Assembly (NCBI GenBank): GCA_036918135.1
Contig: JBALDB010000032.1
Location: 64,001 to 128,000 of the forward strand
Direction: 5' to 3'
Length of the DNA stretch: 64,000 nucleotides
Source: Nostoc sp.
GTDB taxonomy: Bacteria; Cyanobacteriota; Cyanobacteriia; Cyanobacteriales; Nostocaceae
Part shown: positions 31,597 to 42,400 of the stretch, piece by piece
Position numbering within the stretch: position 1 is the stretch's first letter
Layout of the letters: each line of letters opens with the position of its first letter
The notes under the pieces: generated by a model
Database searches by the model: none
What the model saw: only the letters and a program-made list of their open reading frames with translations
What the model was told of the DNA's origin: nothing
Program-made: the position numbers and the translations under genes

Positions 31597-31738
31597 TCTG
31601 GTGGAACAGGATTTGAACCTGCAACCCATGAATTGGCGATAACCCTCGATTCGTCGGCCTTTACAGGCAAGTTTGTGAACTAAGGACTATGGGTAATTAA
31701 CCCATTCATTGCTCTACCAGATTGAGCTACCCACCAGA
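31597..31738 (-). ncRNA. Y RNA-like/tRNA-like unit 2
   Basis: TCTGGTGGG/TCCACCAGA stem, D arm TAGCTCAATCTGGTAGAGC, CTTGCCT-GTAA-AGGCCGACGAAT.GAGGGTTATC, T arm GCAGG-TTCAAAT-CCTGT. Confidence 0.8.
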
Positions 31739-31759
31739 TGATAATTCAAAATTAGGTTT

Positions 31760-31885
31760 TGGGTGGCGGAGCAGGATTTGAACCTGCGACCTCTCGAACC
31801 CAATTCGATAACCCTCATTCGTCGGCCTTTGCAGGCAAGGGGTGAACAAGGATGTTTAGCGCTCTACCACTGAGCTACCCGCCAC
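31760..31885 (-). ncRNA. Y RNA-like/tRNA-like unit 1 with encoded CCA
   Basis: GTGGCGGG/TCCGCCAC+CCA, D arm TAGCTCAGTGGTAGAGC, CTTGCCT-GCAA-AGGCCGACGAATGAGGGTTATC, T arm GCAGG-TTCAAAT-CCTGC. Confidence 0.82.
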
Positions 31886-31947
31886 ATGAAAATTTGGGAT
31901 TTTGATTTTAGATTTTAAATATGGTCCAAAATCTAAAATTATTTGAT

Positions 31948-32079
31948 GTACTGGAGCAGGATTTTCACCTATATCTCCAGAAATTAAATTAAGGATGTTT
32001 TAGTTATTTGAAATAACCCTTGATATGTCGGGCTTACATACAAGCTAAGCACTCTATTATTGATTTGAGCTATCCGCTT
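31948..32079 (-). ncRNA. Highly diverged tRNA-like unit 0 (possible relic)
   Basis: GCGGATAGCTCAA..TAGAGT, CCGAC..AGGGTTAT and AGGTGAAAATCCTGC resemble the other units, but the termini do not pair well. Confidence 0.4.
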
Positions 32080-32121
32080 CTAATGAAGGCTAACTCTTTA
32101 ATAAATGTCGCTTGTATTATT

Positions 32122-32150
32122 AATGTAGTATACGTAATATAGAATGTCAA
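32122..32150 (-). promoter_or_regulatory. Putative sigma70-type promoter for the RNA array and rsr
   Basis: Minus strand TTGACA-N17-TACATT, about 40 nt upstream of unit 0. Confidence 0.55.
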
Positions 32151-32493
32151 GTGTCTGGGAAGCTAATTTTGTATTAGTGTAACCAGGTGTGTCGCTACAT
32201 TCTTATCTCATCTGGCAAACAACTTTTGGCGGATATTTCACTGACAGCGGTTTTCAATTGAATAAAATACACTCGAAAAGAAAATTATTCTAAGTTAGTA
32301 CAATTGTCCTAAAAGGCTATGGTCTATTGAATTGCAAATTGCTATATAGTCTGCATTTTGTCTAGTTTGGGGGACTATAACACCTACTAAGTAAAGTTTT
32401 TGCCGGAAAGTTTGCTAAACGATACAAAAAAATGTCCCACTTTTTGCCAATATAGTAATATTATTTTCCAAAATTCACTTGGCAAAAATCGGC

Positions 32494-33216
32494 ATGAGTG
32501 AGAAACCCATAGAAGATAACGGTAAGGCTTTTCTCGTTATACTTTTGCCCCTCTCTTTTTTGATTATTTTCCTAGTTGCCACTTGGAGAATTTTACTGGC
32601 AGTAATTGTGCTGGTAATTGGCTTCAAGCTTTGGCAGGAATATCAATGGCAACAGTGGATTCGGCGAGTTAACCCCATTTTTCATCAGTTGGTTCGAGAA
32701 AATCAGGGCAGGCTGACGCCAATGGATTTGGCAATCAGAGGCAATTTTCCTGGAACAACAGCAAAACGCTATTTAGATACTAAAGCTCAGGAATTTGGTG
32801 CTAGTATTCTCAATTCTGAAGACGAAGGTCAGTCTTATTACTTTATAACTGCCAGCATTCTAGGCAACATACTTGACAGTAGTGAGCCTGTCAAAGAACT
32901 TTCTGCTCAACCAATTAGCAAAAGTGCGCGTTCGCTTTTAGCACCACCGCCACCAACTCCACAGGAGGAAGAACTAGAAACAGAATCACTCCCACAGCCA
33001 ACTCACAACGAAGTTAGACAAACGCTAGAAAAACAATTAGTTTTTGGCTCTCTGATTCAATCTGAACTTGCCAAACGGCTAAATGTCTATTCCAGCACAG
33101 TTTATAAACGGCGAAACGACCCCGAATTTCCAGAGTGGAGTCGCAGCAGAGACCCCGATGGTATCGCTTGGTCATACTCGGAAAAAACTAAAGAGTTTTT
33201 CCCAGTGGAAGAATAA
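32494..33216 (+). CDS. Hypothetical membrane protein
   Basis: N-terminal TM pair, Pro/Glu-rich linker, C-terminal WSRSRDPDGIAW domain. Confidence 0.8.
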   Translation: MSEKPIEDNGKAFLVILLPLSFLIIFLVATWRILLAVIVLVIGFKLWQEYQWQQWIRRVNPIFHQLVRENQGRLTPMDLAIRGNFPGTTAKRYLDTKAQEFGASILNSEDEGQSYYFITASILGNILDSSEPVKELSAQPISKSARSLLAPPPPTPQEEELETESLPQPTHNEVRQTLEKQLVFGSLIQSELAKRLNVYSSTVYKRRNDPEFPEWSRSRDPDGIAWSYSEKTKEFFPVEE

Positions 33217-33244
33217 AAGGGTAAAAGGCAAAAGTAAAGAACTT

Positions 33245-34390
33245 TCAGGCTTTACTTTTTACTTCTAAACCCACAGCTTCGCTGATGGAATTTAATCCGC
33301 TTTCTTCTAAATGAGAGAGCAAACCTCTAAGAATCCGACGTACCATCACTGGCCCTTCGTAAATCCAGCCTGTATAAACCTGAATTAAGCTAGCACCAGC
33401 GATAATTTTTTCCCAAGCATCTTCTGCGGAAAAAATGCCGCCAACGCCGATAATTGGGATTTGTCCTTGAGTTTGCTGCCAAATAAAGCGAATTACCTCA
33501 GTGGAGCGGGAGCGCAATGGTTCGCCGCTAATTCCGCCAGCTTCCGACTGGGGTGATTTACCAGTTGGCTCAATCGCCTGGGTTTTGAGTCCATCACGAC
33601 TGATAGTAGTGTTAGTAGCGATAATTCCAGCTAATTGATAAGTTTTAGCAAGAGTTATAATGTCAGCGATCGCTTCCCACGATAAATCTGGTGCAATCTT
33701 GACAAAAAGAGGTTTTTGTGATTTATTTTCTGATTGCAATAACTCTAAGATGGCACTGAGCATGGTTGCATCTTGGAGCGATCGTAACCCTGGTGTATTT
33801 GGCGAAGAGACATTAACAACAAAATAATCTCCCAAATCCTTTAGTAGGCGAAAACTATCAAGATAATCCTGTGCGGCTGCTTCCAAAGGAGTTATTTTAG
33901 ATTTACCTAAATTTATCCCTATAGGTATTGAACTTAACTGGTGCTTTTCGCCTGCCAATCTTGCCGCCATTGCCGCCGCACCACTATTATTAAATCCCAT
34001 GCGATTGAGAGCAGCTTTATCCAATGGCAAGCGAAACAAACGGGGACAAGGATTTCCTGGCTGTGGGTGAAAAGTTACAGTTCCCAACTCCGCAAAGCCA
34101 AAACCGAGACTAGGCCAAATGCCAGCAGCAACGCCATCCTTGTCAAACCCAGCAGCCAACCCTACAGGATTAGGAAAGCTTAGCCCAAACAAATTTTGTT
34201 CTAGGCGTGAATCGTACAAGCACAAAGATTTTCCTAAGCGGCGATTTAGCCAACTAGCAGGAGGATAAGTACCTGTTTGTGATAGCCAATTAAAACTGCG
34301 AATCGTCTGCTGGTGTAACCACTCTGGGTCTGCTTTTACCAGATTGAATAACAGTGGACGAATTGCAACTTGATAAATATCCATTAGCAT
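33245..34390 (-). CDS. pyrD: Quinone-dependent dihydroorotate dehydrogenase
   Basis: [35 protein letters not shown] motifs. Confidence 0.97.
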   Translation of the reverse strand: MLMDIYQVAIRPLLFNLVKADPEWLHQQTIRSFNWLSQTGTYPPASWLNRRLGKSLCLYDSRLEQNLFGLSFPNPVGLAAGFDKDGVAAGIWPSLGFGFAELGTVTFHPQPGNPCPRLFRLPLDKAALNRMGFNNSGAAAMAARLAGEKHQLSSIPIGINLGKSKITPLEAAAQDYLDSFRLLKDLGDYFVVNVSSPNTPGLRSLQDATMLSAILELLQSENKSQKPLFVKIAPDLSWEAIADIITLAKTYQLAGIIATNTTISRDGLKTQAIEPTGKSPQSEAGGISGEPLRSRSTEVIRFIWQQTQGQIPIIGVGGIFSAEDAWEKIIAGASLIQVYTGWIYEGPVMVRRILRGLLSHLEESGLNSISEAVGLEVKSKA

Positions 34391-34674
34391 TATCTAGAAA
34401 GAATTGAGAATTTAGGAGTCATACCAATTTGCATTCACAAACGTAATTTCAAAATTTCTATTCTCCATCTCCCCACCTCCCTACTTCCCAATCTCCCCAA
34501 AGCAATAAGTCTAAGCTATTAAGTTTTTAAACTACACAGTCGCTCATGAAGTTTATCAATCGGCGACGGTTAAGTGTCAACTGTCAACAGTTAACAACCA
34601 ACACGAAAAGATGTGCAACTTAAAGCAAGGGCAGCTCATTGATTTGGTGGGAGTCAATGTTAGGTTTGCAGGAG

Positions 34675-35637
34675 TTAGCGTTGAGAGCCAAAATCTTTTA
34701 AGAAGCGAAGTAAGGCTTCACTAACTACTTCGGGAGACTCCACGCTTACCCAATGACCAACACCAGGAATGATAATTTGTTCTTTCAAGTTCACAACCCA
34801 CTTGCTCATTTCATCCAGGTTCATTCCAGGAAACTTGAGTACTGGATCTTTTTCACCAGCAATGAACAATGCTGGTTGGGATATCTTTTTATCTTGTAGG
34901 TCAGGGGTAATTTCTATGTTCCGGTCAATGTTGCGATACCAATTTAATCCCCCACGAAAGCCACTGCGTTCGTACTGCTCTACATAATAATCTAGATCCT
35001 CTTGGGTTACCCCCAATGGTAGCTCTTCAGGATCGATTAACCCGTCTAGAAAACCGGAGGTTGATGGTTTAGGCTTGAAGAAATTTCCTTCAGGATTAGA
35101 GCCGCTAGCGCTAGTATAAATCATCCGCAACGAACGACGGATGTCAGCTTCAAATTCAGCTTCAGCAACTCCAGGCTTTTGGAAATATACCATGTACCAA
35201 AAGTTGTCTCCAAAATTCTCTTGTTTTGTGAATGCTCCAACTGGGTAACGAAAGTAGGGGACGCTCATCCCAACAACAGCATTGACTCGTTGTTGGTGTA
35301 GCAGTGCTGTGTTCCAGGCTACAGGCGCACCCCAATCATGTCCGACAACAGTGAAATTTTCATAACCAAGGGCATCGGCAATGCCAACAACATCTCCAGT
35401 TAAATTGATGATGTCATAAGCATTAACTTGTTCTGGGGCATCGCTGCCACCGTAACCTCGTTGGTCGGGAACAGCCACTTGGAAACCTGCTTCCACAAGC
35501 GGGTCGATTTGGTGACGCCACAGATACCAGCATTGAGGCCAACCGTGAAGCAAAATTACCAGAGGCCCCTGACCCTCAACAACTGTCCTCAGACTAACCC
35601 CATTTGTGTTGATAGTACGAAAGTTGCGTTGTTTCAT
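34675..35637 (-). CDS. Alpha/beta hydrolase, epoxide hydrolase-like
   Basis: HGWP, PDQRGYG, GHDWG nucleophile, LNWYR, GHW motifs. Confidence 0.92.
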   Translation of the reverse strand: MKQRNFRTINTNGVSLRTVVEGQGPLVILLHGWPQCWYLWRHQIDPLVEAGFQVAVPDQRGYGGSDAPEQVNAYDIINLTGDVVGIADALGYENFTVVGHDWGAPVAWNTALLHQQRVNAVVGMSVPYFRYPVGAFTKQENFGDNFWYMVYFQKPGVAEAEFEADIRRSLRMIYTSASGSNPEGNFFKPKPSTSGFLDGLIDPEELPLGVTQEDLDYYVEQYERSGFRGGLNWYRNIDRNIEITPDLQDKKISQPALFIAGEKDPVLKFPGMNLDEMSKWVVNLKEQIIIPGVGHWVSVESPEVVSEALLRFLKDFGSQR

Positions 35638-35782
35638 ATTAAAACCTTTTGTTTTTCACTATTAACCTGTTAATACCTGTTTTAGTAACTACTGCTCGAT
35701 AGTTTAATACTTGTGGCGATATGATTCAGAGTGCGTTTGTGGGCATCTTATATATTACAAGTTACGTAAGACGATAAATCAG

Positions 35783-38731
35783 ATGGGGCAGCCGCAAAAA
35801 CCTATAGCCGCTGAACAGCAGATCCTTTCATTGGGGCGCGTCCTCCAGAGCGTCAGGGAAGAAGATGATGTTGATGTTCTGATTGAAATTGTTATTTCTT
35901 ATCTCCAAGAACAGTTTGACTACAAACTGATTTGGATTGCTCTTTACGATCGCCTGAATCACGTATTGTTCGGCAAAGGTGGTATCATTCCTCACAAAGA
36001 CACAAGTTTTTTACACCAAAAATTTGTTATTACTCCTGGAGATTTATTAGAGCAAGTAGTAATTGAACAGCATCCTTTAGGCGTAGCTGATTTGCGAGCG
36101 GAAATTCGTGCTGCCCAATGGCAAAAAGTTGCAGAAAAATTCAAAATTCAAGGAACAATCATCGTACCAATTCGCTATAAAGACCGTTGTTTAGGTTTGC
36201 TGTTACTGGGTTCAGAACGCTGGGGCTATCTACTGACAGGAGAAGCAAAAGCTCGTTTGATGATGGTTTTAGGCGAACTGGGAGCAGTGCTTTATCAACA
36301 TGAGATGCATTTGCAGCAAAAGCAAACCAGGCGAACCGATGAGCCATTATTAGAATTGCTAGAAAAACTACGCAACGTCAATAACTTGAATCAAAGACTA
36401 GAAGTAGCGGTGCAAGCAACGCATAAATTTGTCTCTCCCAACCGGACTAATATCTACTGGTTTGAGCGGGAAGGTCGCTATTTTTGGTGTCGAATGAGCA
36501 ATCAACTTGTGAAAATCGATTTTAATTCTAGCACTCAGCCAGCAGCGGGAATGACAGTGCAGGAATTGAGCGATTTTTATTATGCTTTGTCAGTGAACCA
36601 AATTGTCTCTATTGGTGATGCTCGCAGTTCCTTAAAAAGTCATTTTACAGCAAAATTGCTGCAACGGTTGAAGGTGCGATCGCTCTTGGCAGCTCCAATT
36701 ATTTGGCAAAAAAACTTGCTGGGTTTTCTGGCGGTGGAAAGTAATGAACCCCGGATTTGGACGGACACAGACAAAAATTTTGTCCAAGGTGCTGCTGGCT
36801 TAATTTCCCTAATTGCTCCTAACGAAAACACTGAAAGTACCATCAAACAGATTCAAGAAGATGCCCAACTAACTAGCCAGGTTGCCCAAGGTGTTTTTAA
36901 CGAACATGAACTTCAAGAAACTTTACAAATTTGTGCTAAAAGAGTTTTAACTCGATTTGCTGCGACGCGCTTTTTGCTGTTGCAGTACGACCCAGAGCAG
37001 AATAATTATCAATTTATTTATCAAAGTCAGCCGCATAACCGCCGGCCGTTGAAATTTCCCCTCGATACTCTCAAAGAATTAGATGGGCAACTTTTGCAAC
37101 GTTCAACTCAAGCGGTAGAGATTGAAAACTTAGATGAAGATTTACGCTTTTTTAATTGGCGTCCCTTGTTGTTAGAAAATGGGATGCGATCGCTACTTAT
37201 TTGTAAATGTCTTCACGGTCAAATACCGCCAGCACTTTTAGTCATTGCTCACGAAACCCATCGTTCTTGGACAACTCTAGAAAAAGAATTGCTTTGGGCT
37301 GTGAGTCAACAAATTGGTGTAATTGTTCGTCAGTGGCAGTTGCACACCCGCACTCAGCACCAGCAAAAAATTACACTTGCATTTGAGCGATGTCTAAATA
37401 TTCTCGCGGAATCAGAAAATAGCAAAATCGAGGCAGGAAAAAAGCATCTAGAATCTACAGCACTCGAACAAATAGCAGCGATTCTGGGCTGTCCGCTAGC
37501 GGTGCTATTTTCCTGGTCGCCTAGTGACAAATGGGCAGAAATTATACTTGGAGTCACTACCAGTAGTCAATTTGGGATTTTTGCCGATGCATCGATTTCT
37601 ATCCAAACTGAGGCGCTAATTCAGTGGGCACTGGATACAGAAAGTTATTTAACTCTCAAGGTGGACAATTTACCCCCGGAAACGCGTAAATGGTTAAATA
37701 CGCCAGACAAAGGGCAAATTTTCTTAATGAGCTTACGTACTAACACTGAGTATAAACCTACAGGTGTAGTTTTGTTGGCAGATACTCAAGAGCGTCGCTG
37801 GTCAGAACAAAGCTTGAATACCACAGCAACTCTGATTTCTCAATTAGCTTGGTGGCGTCGTCAAAAGCAAATTAACCACCTTTTAGAGTCCACAACCGAG
37901 GAATTACAACAACTTAACTGGTACAAACATCGTCGCCTAGAGGAAATCCAAAGAATAACAGCGCTGTCTTTGAGTCAAATACACGATTTAGGCATTCCTG
38001 CAAATGAACTTACTCAGATGCGCTACCAGCTGTTACTACGGCAATTAGACCACGCAGCTACCTCTATGAGTGGATTGCTAAAACTAGAGCAATGGCAGCT
38101 ACACAAGAGTTGGGAAACTATGCCCATAGCTAGTTTATTAAAGCGATCGCTCGAACGCATCGATAATTTAGTCAAACAACAAAAGCTATGGATTGGTGTG
38201 CATGGTTTAGGACAACCAATTGAAGATGGAGAATCACCAAAAAGTTGTTTATTACCTAGAGGTATTTCTAGCTCCAACGCTCAATCAGGAATGGCGATCG
38301 CCGGGGATGTGATCAAAATTGAATTAGTGATTCATGAATTATTAGTTAATGCCTGTAATCGTTCTCCAAGCGGCGGCAGAATTGATATTTGGTGTCGCCG
38401 TTTAACTGACCATAAATTCACAGATATCAAGAGAAATATATTCCAGCTGGGGCAAGATTCTGCTGTCAGAGTAGGGGTTGCTTATCAGAAATTCTTAGAA
38501 CTGTCAATTACACACAATGGTGCGATCGAACCACAGCTATTAACAGATTTAGATAAAAATACACTTAAAGATGTCCTTGCTCCCTCTAACCTTAACCAAC
38601 CACCAGGTTTGCACCTGCTAATTTGTCAAAACCTGATGCAGGAACTAGGAGGAGAAGTGAATTTCTATCAATTACCCGATAATCGAGTAGTTAACCGTTT
38701 ACTTTTGCCGTTAGCTGGTAATGATTCCTAA
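35783..38731 (+). CDS. Multi-GAF protein with degenerate histidine-kinase-like C terminus
   Basis: Repeated GAF motifs (IIVPIRYKD, LLAAPIIWQ..PRIWT); HATPase remnants ELLVNAC and PGLHLLICQ; no canonical H-box. Confidence 0.85.
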   Translation: MGQPQKPIAAEQQILSLGRVLQSVREEDDVDVLIEIVISYLQEQFDYKLIWIALYDRLNHVLFGKGGIIPHKDTSFLHQKFVITPGDLLEQVVIEQHPLGVADLRAEIRAAQWQKVAEKFKIQGTIIVPIRYKDRCLGLLLLGSERWGYLLTGEAKARLMMVLGELGAVLYQHEMHLQQKQTRRTDEPLLELLEKLRNVNNLNQRLEVAVQATHKFVSPNRTNIYWFEREGRYFWCRMSNQLVKIDFNSSTQPAAGMTVQELSDFYYALSVNQIVSIGDARSSLKSHFTAKLLQRLKVRSLLAAPIIWQKNLLGFLAVESNEPRIWTDTDKNFVQGAAGLISLIAPNENTESTIKQIQEDAQLTSQVAQGVFNEHELQETLQICAKRVLTRFAATRFLLLQYDPEQNNYQFIYQSQPHNRRPLKFPLDTLKELDGQLLQRSTQAVEIENLDEDLRFFNWRPLLLENGMRSLLICKCLHGQIPPALLVIAHETHRSWTTLEKELLWAVSQQIGVIVRQWQLHTRTQHQQKITLAFERCLNILAESENSKIEAGKKHLESTALEQIAAILGCPLAVLFSWSPSDKWAEIILGVTTSSQFGIFADASISIQTEALIQWALDTESYLTLKVDNLPPETRKWLNTPDKGQIFLMSLRTNTEYKPTGVVLLADTQERRWSEQSLNTTATLISQLAWWRRQKQINHLLESTTEELQQLNWYKHRRLEEIQRITALSLSQIHDLGIPANELTQMRYQLLLRQLDHAATSMSGLLKLEQWQLHKSWETMPIASLLKRSLERIDNLVKQQKLWIGVHGLGQPIEDGESPKSCLLPRGISSSNAQSGMAIAGDVIKIELVIHELLVNACNRSPSGGRIDIWCRRLTDHKFTDIKRNIFQLGQDSAVRVGVAYQKFLELSITHNGAIEPQLLTDLDKNTLKDVLAPSNLNQPPGLHLLICQNLMQELGGEVNFYQLPDNRVVNRLLLPLAGNDS

Positions 38732-38962
38732 ATATATAGCAGCAGAATTCAGGAGTCAGAATTGAGAATTTACTACGAATTAAAGTGCGAGTAGCGTGAA
38801 TTTAGCCGATTTAAGTTTCTCAACTTTGTAAGAGAGCGGCGGGTCTATTTTGGAAAGTTCAGATGTCTGATGACAAGCCGATGCAGCGTCTATGGCAAAA
38901 GCCACCTCGTGACTTTTTGCTAAATCCTTACTAATATATTCTAAATTCTGCATTCTCTTGAA

Positions 38963-39340
38963 TCAAAAGCCCAAGACATTCATTGATTTTTCAAGTACTT
39001 CTTTAGGGCGAAATGGTTTAGTTAGATATAAGTCTGCACCAACCTCAACTCCTTTTTGTTTATCAAATTCCTGTCCTTTAGCTGTCAAAATCACAATGTA
39101 GATGTCATTCATTTGCAACTCGTGTTTCACAATCTCGCAAACTTTTAGACCATTCATTTTAGGCATCATCACATCAAGAAAAACCAGATTTGGTTTTTGC
39201 GTTTTAATAATTTCTAGAGCTTCTTCACCATTTTTAGCAGTTAAAAGTTCAACGCCTTCATCTTCTAAAGCTTCTAAGGCTTGTTCCATCAAAATCAAGA
39301 TATTAGGTTCATCGTCAACAATTAGAATTTTTTGGGTCAT
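38963..39340 (-). CDS. Single-domain response regulator
   Basis: ILIVDD, LDVMMP, LTA, KPF receiver motifs. Confidence 0.95.
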   Translation of the reverse strand: MTQKILIVDDEPNILILMEQALEALEDEGVELLTAKNGEEALEIIKTQKPNLVFLDVMMPKMNGLKVCEIVKHELQMNDIYIVILTAKGQEFDKQKGVEVGADLYLTKPFRPKEVLEKSMNVLGF

Positions 39341-39490
39341 AGGATTGGGGAATGGAGTATTGGTATTGGGCAGGGAGCAGGGGGCAAACAGCGCAAATAA
39401 AGAGTGTGGCAGGGATAGTTAGGATTGTTGCTTTTTTATAATCTCCCCACACTCCCTCATCTTCTTACTCCCCACTCCTCATTCTCTAAA

Positions 39491-42400
39491 TTAGCGATCG
39501 GATAGCATAATAAAGAATACATTCTCCAACTGTTTCTCAAAGCGTAGGGTTTTCACCAAATCGGCTTTTTGAGAGAAGATAGAATCAATAATGATCATGT
39601 CAGGTTTAACTGACAAAGCTTTATGGATGCATTCTTGGGGATTTGAAGCTTCAATGACGCTGTATCCCTGAGTTTGTAGCACGTCAGATATGGTTTTTAA
39701 GGTTGAGGCATTTTCATCGACAACTAATACCTTTTTACTGGAAGTGCCTTGAGTAAGTAGTAAGCCAATTTCGCTCAGAAGATTCTCTGTATTGATAGGC
39801 TTAGTAAGATAGCGATCGATGCCAATATGGTAGCCCCGTTCCTTGTTTTCAACAATTGACAAAATGATGATCGGAATATCTGCGGTTTGAGGATCGTTTT
39901 TCAGGACGGCTGCCACATCGAAGCCGTTGATTTGAGGCATCATCACATCTAAAAGAATCAAATCTGGACGGGCTATTTTAATTTGATGAATTGCGTGCAT
40001 TCCGTCTTTGGCTTCCCGAACGTTGTAGCCTTCGTTTTCCAATTGTTGACGCAGCAGTTCCCGAATATTGGCATCATCATCTACCACTAAAATGGTTTTG
40101 CGGTTTTCGTTGGGCAGAGTGTTTGTAGTGATGACGTGTTCTTTGAGTTGTTTTACCAAGGCATCTAAATTCAGCTTGGCATCGGTTTTGTGATTGTTAG
40201 TGTAAATCGGAATGATGAACGAAAACATACTACCCTTACCAGACTGACTTTCCACCCAGATTCTACCGCCGTGATGTTCAACGATTTGTTTGCAGATGGG
40301 CAGTCCTAAGCCCGTACCTTTGGGTTTGTCGGTGAGGGTGTCGCCAACTTGCCGGAATTTCTCAAACACTTTCGGCTGGTCTTCAGGTGCAATGCCAACG
40401 CCTGTGTCAATGATGCTAAAGCAAAGAGCGTCGTTCTCTTGTTTGATGCAGCAGGTGATAGAACCAGATTGGGTAAACTTGATAGCATTGGAAATCAAGT
40501 TGATCAAGACTTGGAGTAGACGGTTGCGATCGCCTACTACTTCAGGTAATCCTGGTTCAATTTCGGTAATTAGCTCTAAGCCATTGGTTTCAAATAACGC
40601 CGCTGTGGAAGTAGTCGCCCAATCTAGTAACTCAGTTGGGTCAAGGGGTTGCATTTGCCATTCCACTTTACCTGCTTCCATCTTGGCAATGTCTAAGACA
40701 TCGTTAATTAAAGATGTCAATCGTTCTGCCTCAGACACAATAATGTTGAGATTGTCACCTACCCGCTTGATTGTTTTCTGAAGCTTACGGTCTTCGCCAG
40801 TAAGCATGGGGAAGACATCGCTTTCCAGCTTTTCTTTAATAATCGAGGCAAAACCGAGAACAGAAGTCAGTGGTGTCCGCAGTTCGTGAGAAACTGTGGA
40901 GATGAAATCGGTCTTCATCTTATCGATTTCCTTTTCCACAGTTACATCCCGAATCAGCAGCGCCGAACCAAAGCAAGCAGCAGGTTCATTGCCTGACCCT
41001 CTTTTGAAGATGGCGGCAGCTACTGCTTGACCGATACGTTCCTTTACCAGGGTAACCTCAGCAGCTAACACCTCGCTGGGATGAGATTGGGTTTTTTCCA
41101 CTAAGTCTGCTAAACCGGATATCGGTAGTTTGCGATAGTGGCCTTTGAGGGTGTCGGCTGTCAATCCATACATAGCTAAAAAGGCAGGATTGAAGTGGGT
41201 GATTTGTCCGGTAGTGTCTGTCACTAACAAACCATCCGCTAAGTTGTCCAAAATGGCATTTAAACCTTGGGCTTCTGCTAGGGTATTTTCTAAGGCAGCC
41301 GTCCGTTCTGTAACTTTAGCCTCCAGTTGTTGATTCAGTTGCCGCAGCGCGATTTCTGCTTGTTTGCGGGCTGTGATGTCAGTATTGATTTCTAAGACAG
41401 CGCAAGCCTGACCAGAAATGCTCCGTTGCAGCGTCCATCGGCTTTGAACGGTAATCAGCTGACCATTGCGGGTGAAGTGTTGCACTTCTCCTTCCCAATT
41501 CCCTTGCTGTAATAATTCTGCGAAGATTGTTTCTTTTGGTTGGGGAAAAATTTTTTTGAGAAATGTGTAAATGTATTGGTTTTTTACTTCCTCACGCGTC
41601 CAGCCGTAAAGCCTTTGTGCGCCTTGATTCCAGTACAAGATTTTGTCAGTCATGTCGCGGATGATAACGGCATCGCTGGAATGATTCAACATATCCATCA
41701 GCCGTTGATTTTCCGCTTCTGCTAACTTGCGATCGTTGATATCGCTACAAGTACCAATCCATTCTCGAATACTGCCGTCTGCTTCCAGTACGGGGGCACC
41801 ACAAACTGAGAAGTAGCGGTGTATACCATCCTTGCCACGTAGGCGGTATTCAGTTTGATAAAGACCTCGGTTGGCCACAGCAGTATTCCAAACTTCTGCG
41901 GATTCGGCGCGATCGTCAGGGTGAATTGGATCGAGCCAACCCCAACCTGTGACTTCCTCTTGTGTCTGTCCTGTGTAGGCTATCCAGGTTAGCATTTCAT
42001 TGCCGATCCCCAGCCCTTCTGGAGTAGCTCCCCAGACGATCTGTGAAGTAGCAGTCACTAAAGTGCTATATCGTTCTTTAAGACGCTGATTTTCCGCTTC
42101 TGCTAGCTTGCGATCGTGAATATCAGTACAGGTGCCAATCCACTCGCGAACGCTGCCGTCTTCTTCGATTACCGGGGCACCCCAGACCCAAAAGTAGCGA
42201 TAATTACCATCTTTGCCGCGAATTCGGTATTCAATTTGATATAGACTGCGGTTGGTTACGGCAGTACTCCAGACTTCTCCAGTGTAGGCGCGATCGTCAG
42301 GATGAAGGGCGTTAATCCATCCTCCATTCTCAGCTTCAGCTAAACTTTGACCTGTGTAGGCAATCCAGCTTGCCAATTCAAAGCAAATTCCTTCTGGTGT

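Noticed and set aside
31426..31885. Ordinary tRNA genes, intron-containing tRNAs or tmRNA
   Set aside because: There is no 7-nt anticodon loop. The 70-90-nt inserts are far shorter than group I introns, share a conserved Ro-type helix and contain no tag ORF.
31426..32079. CRISPR array
   Set aside because: Units are long, diverged and structured, not identical short repeats with unique spacers; no cas genes in the window.
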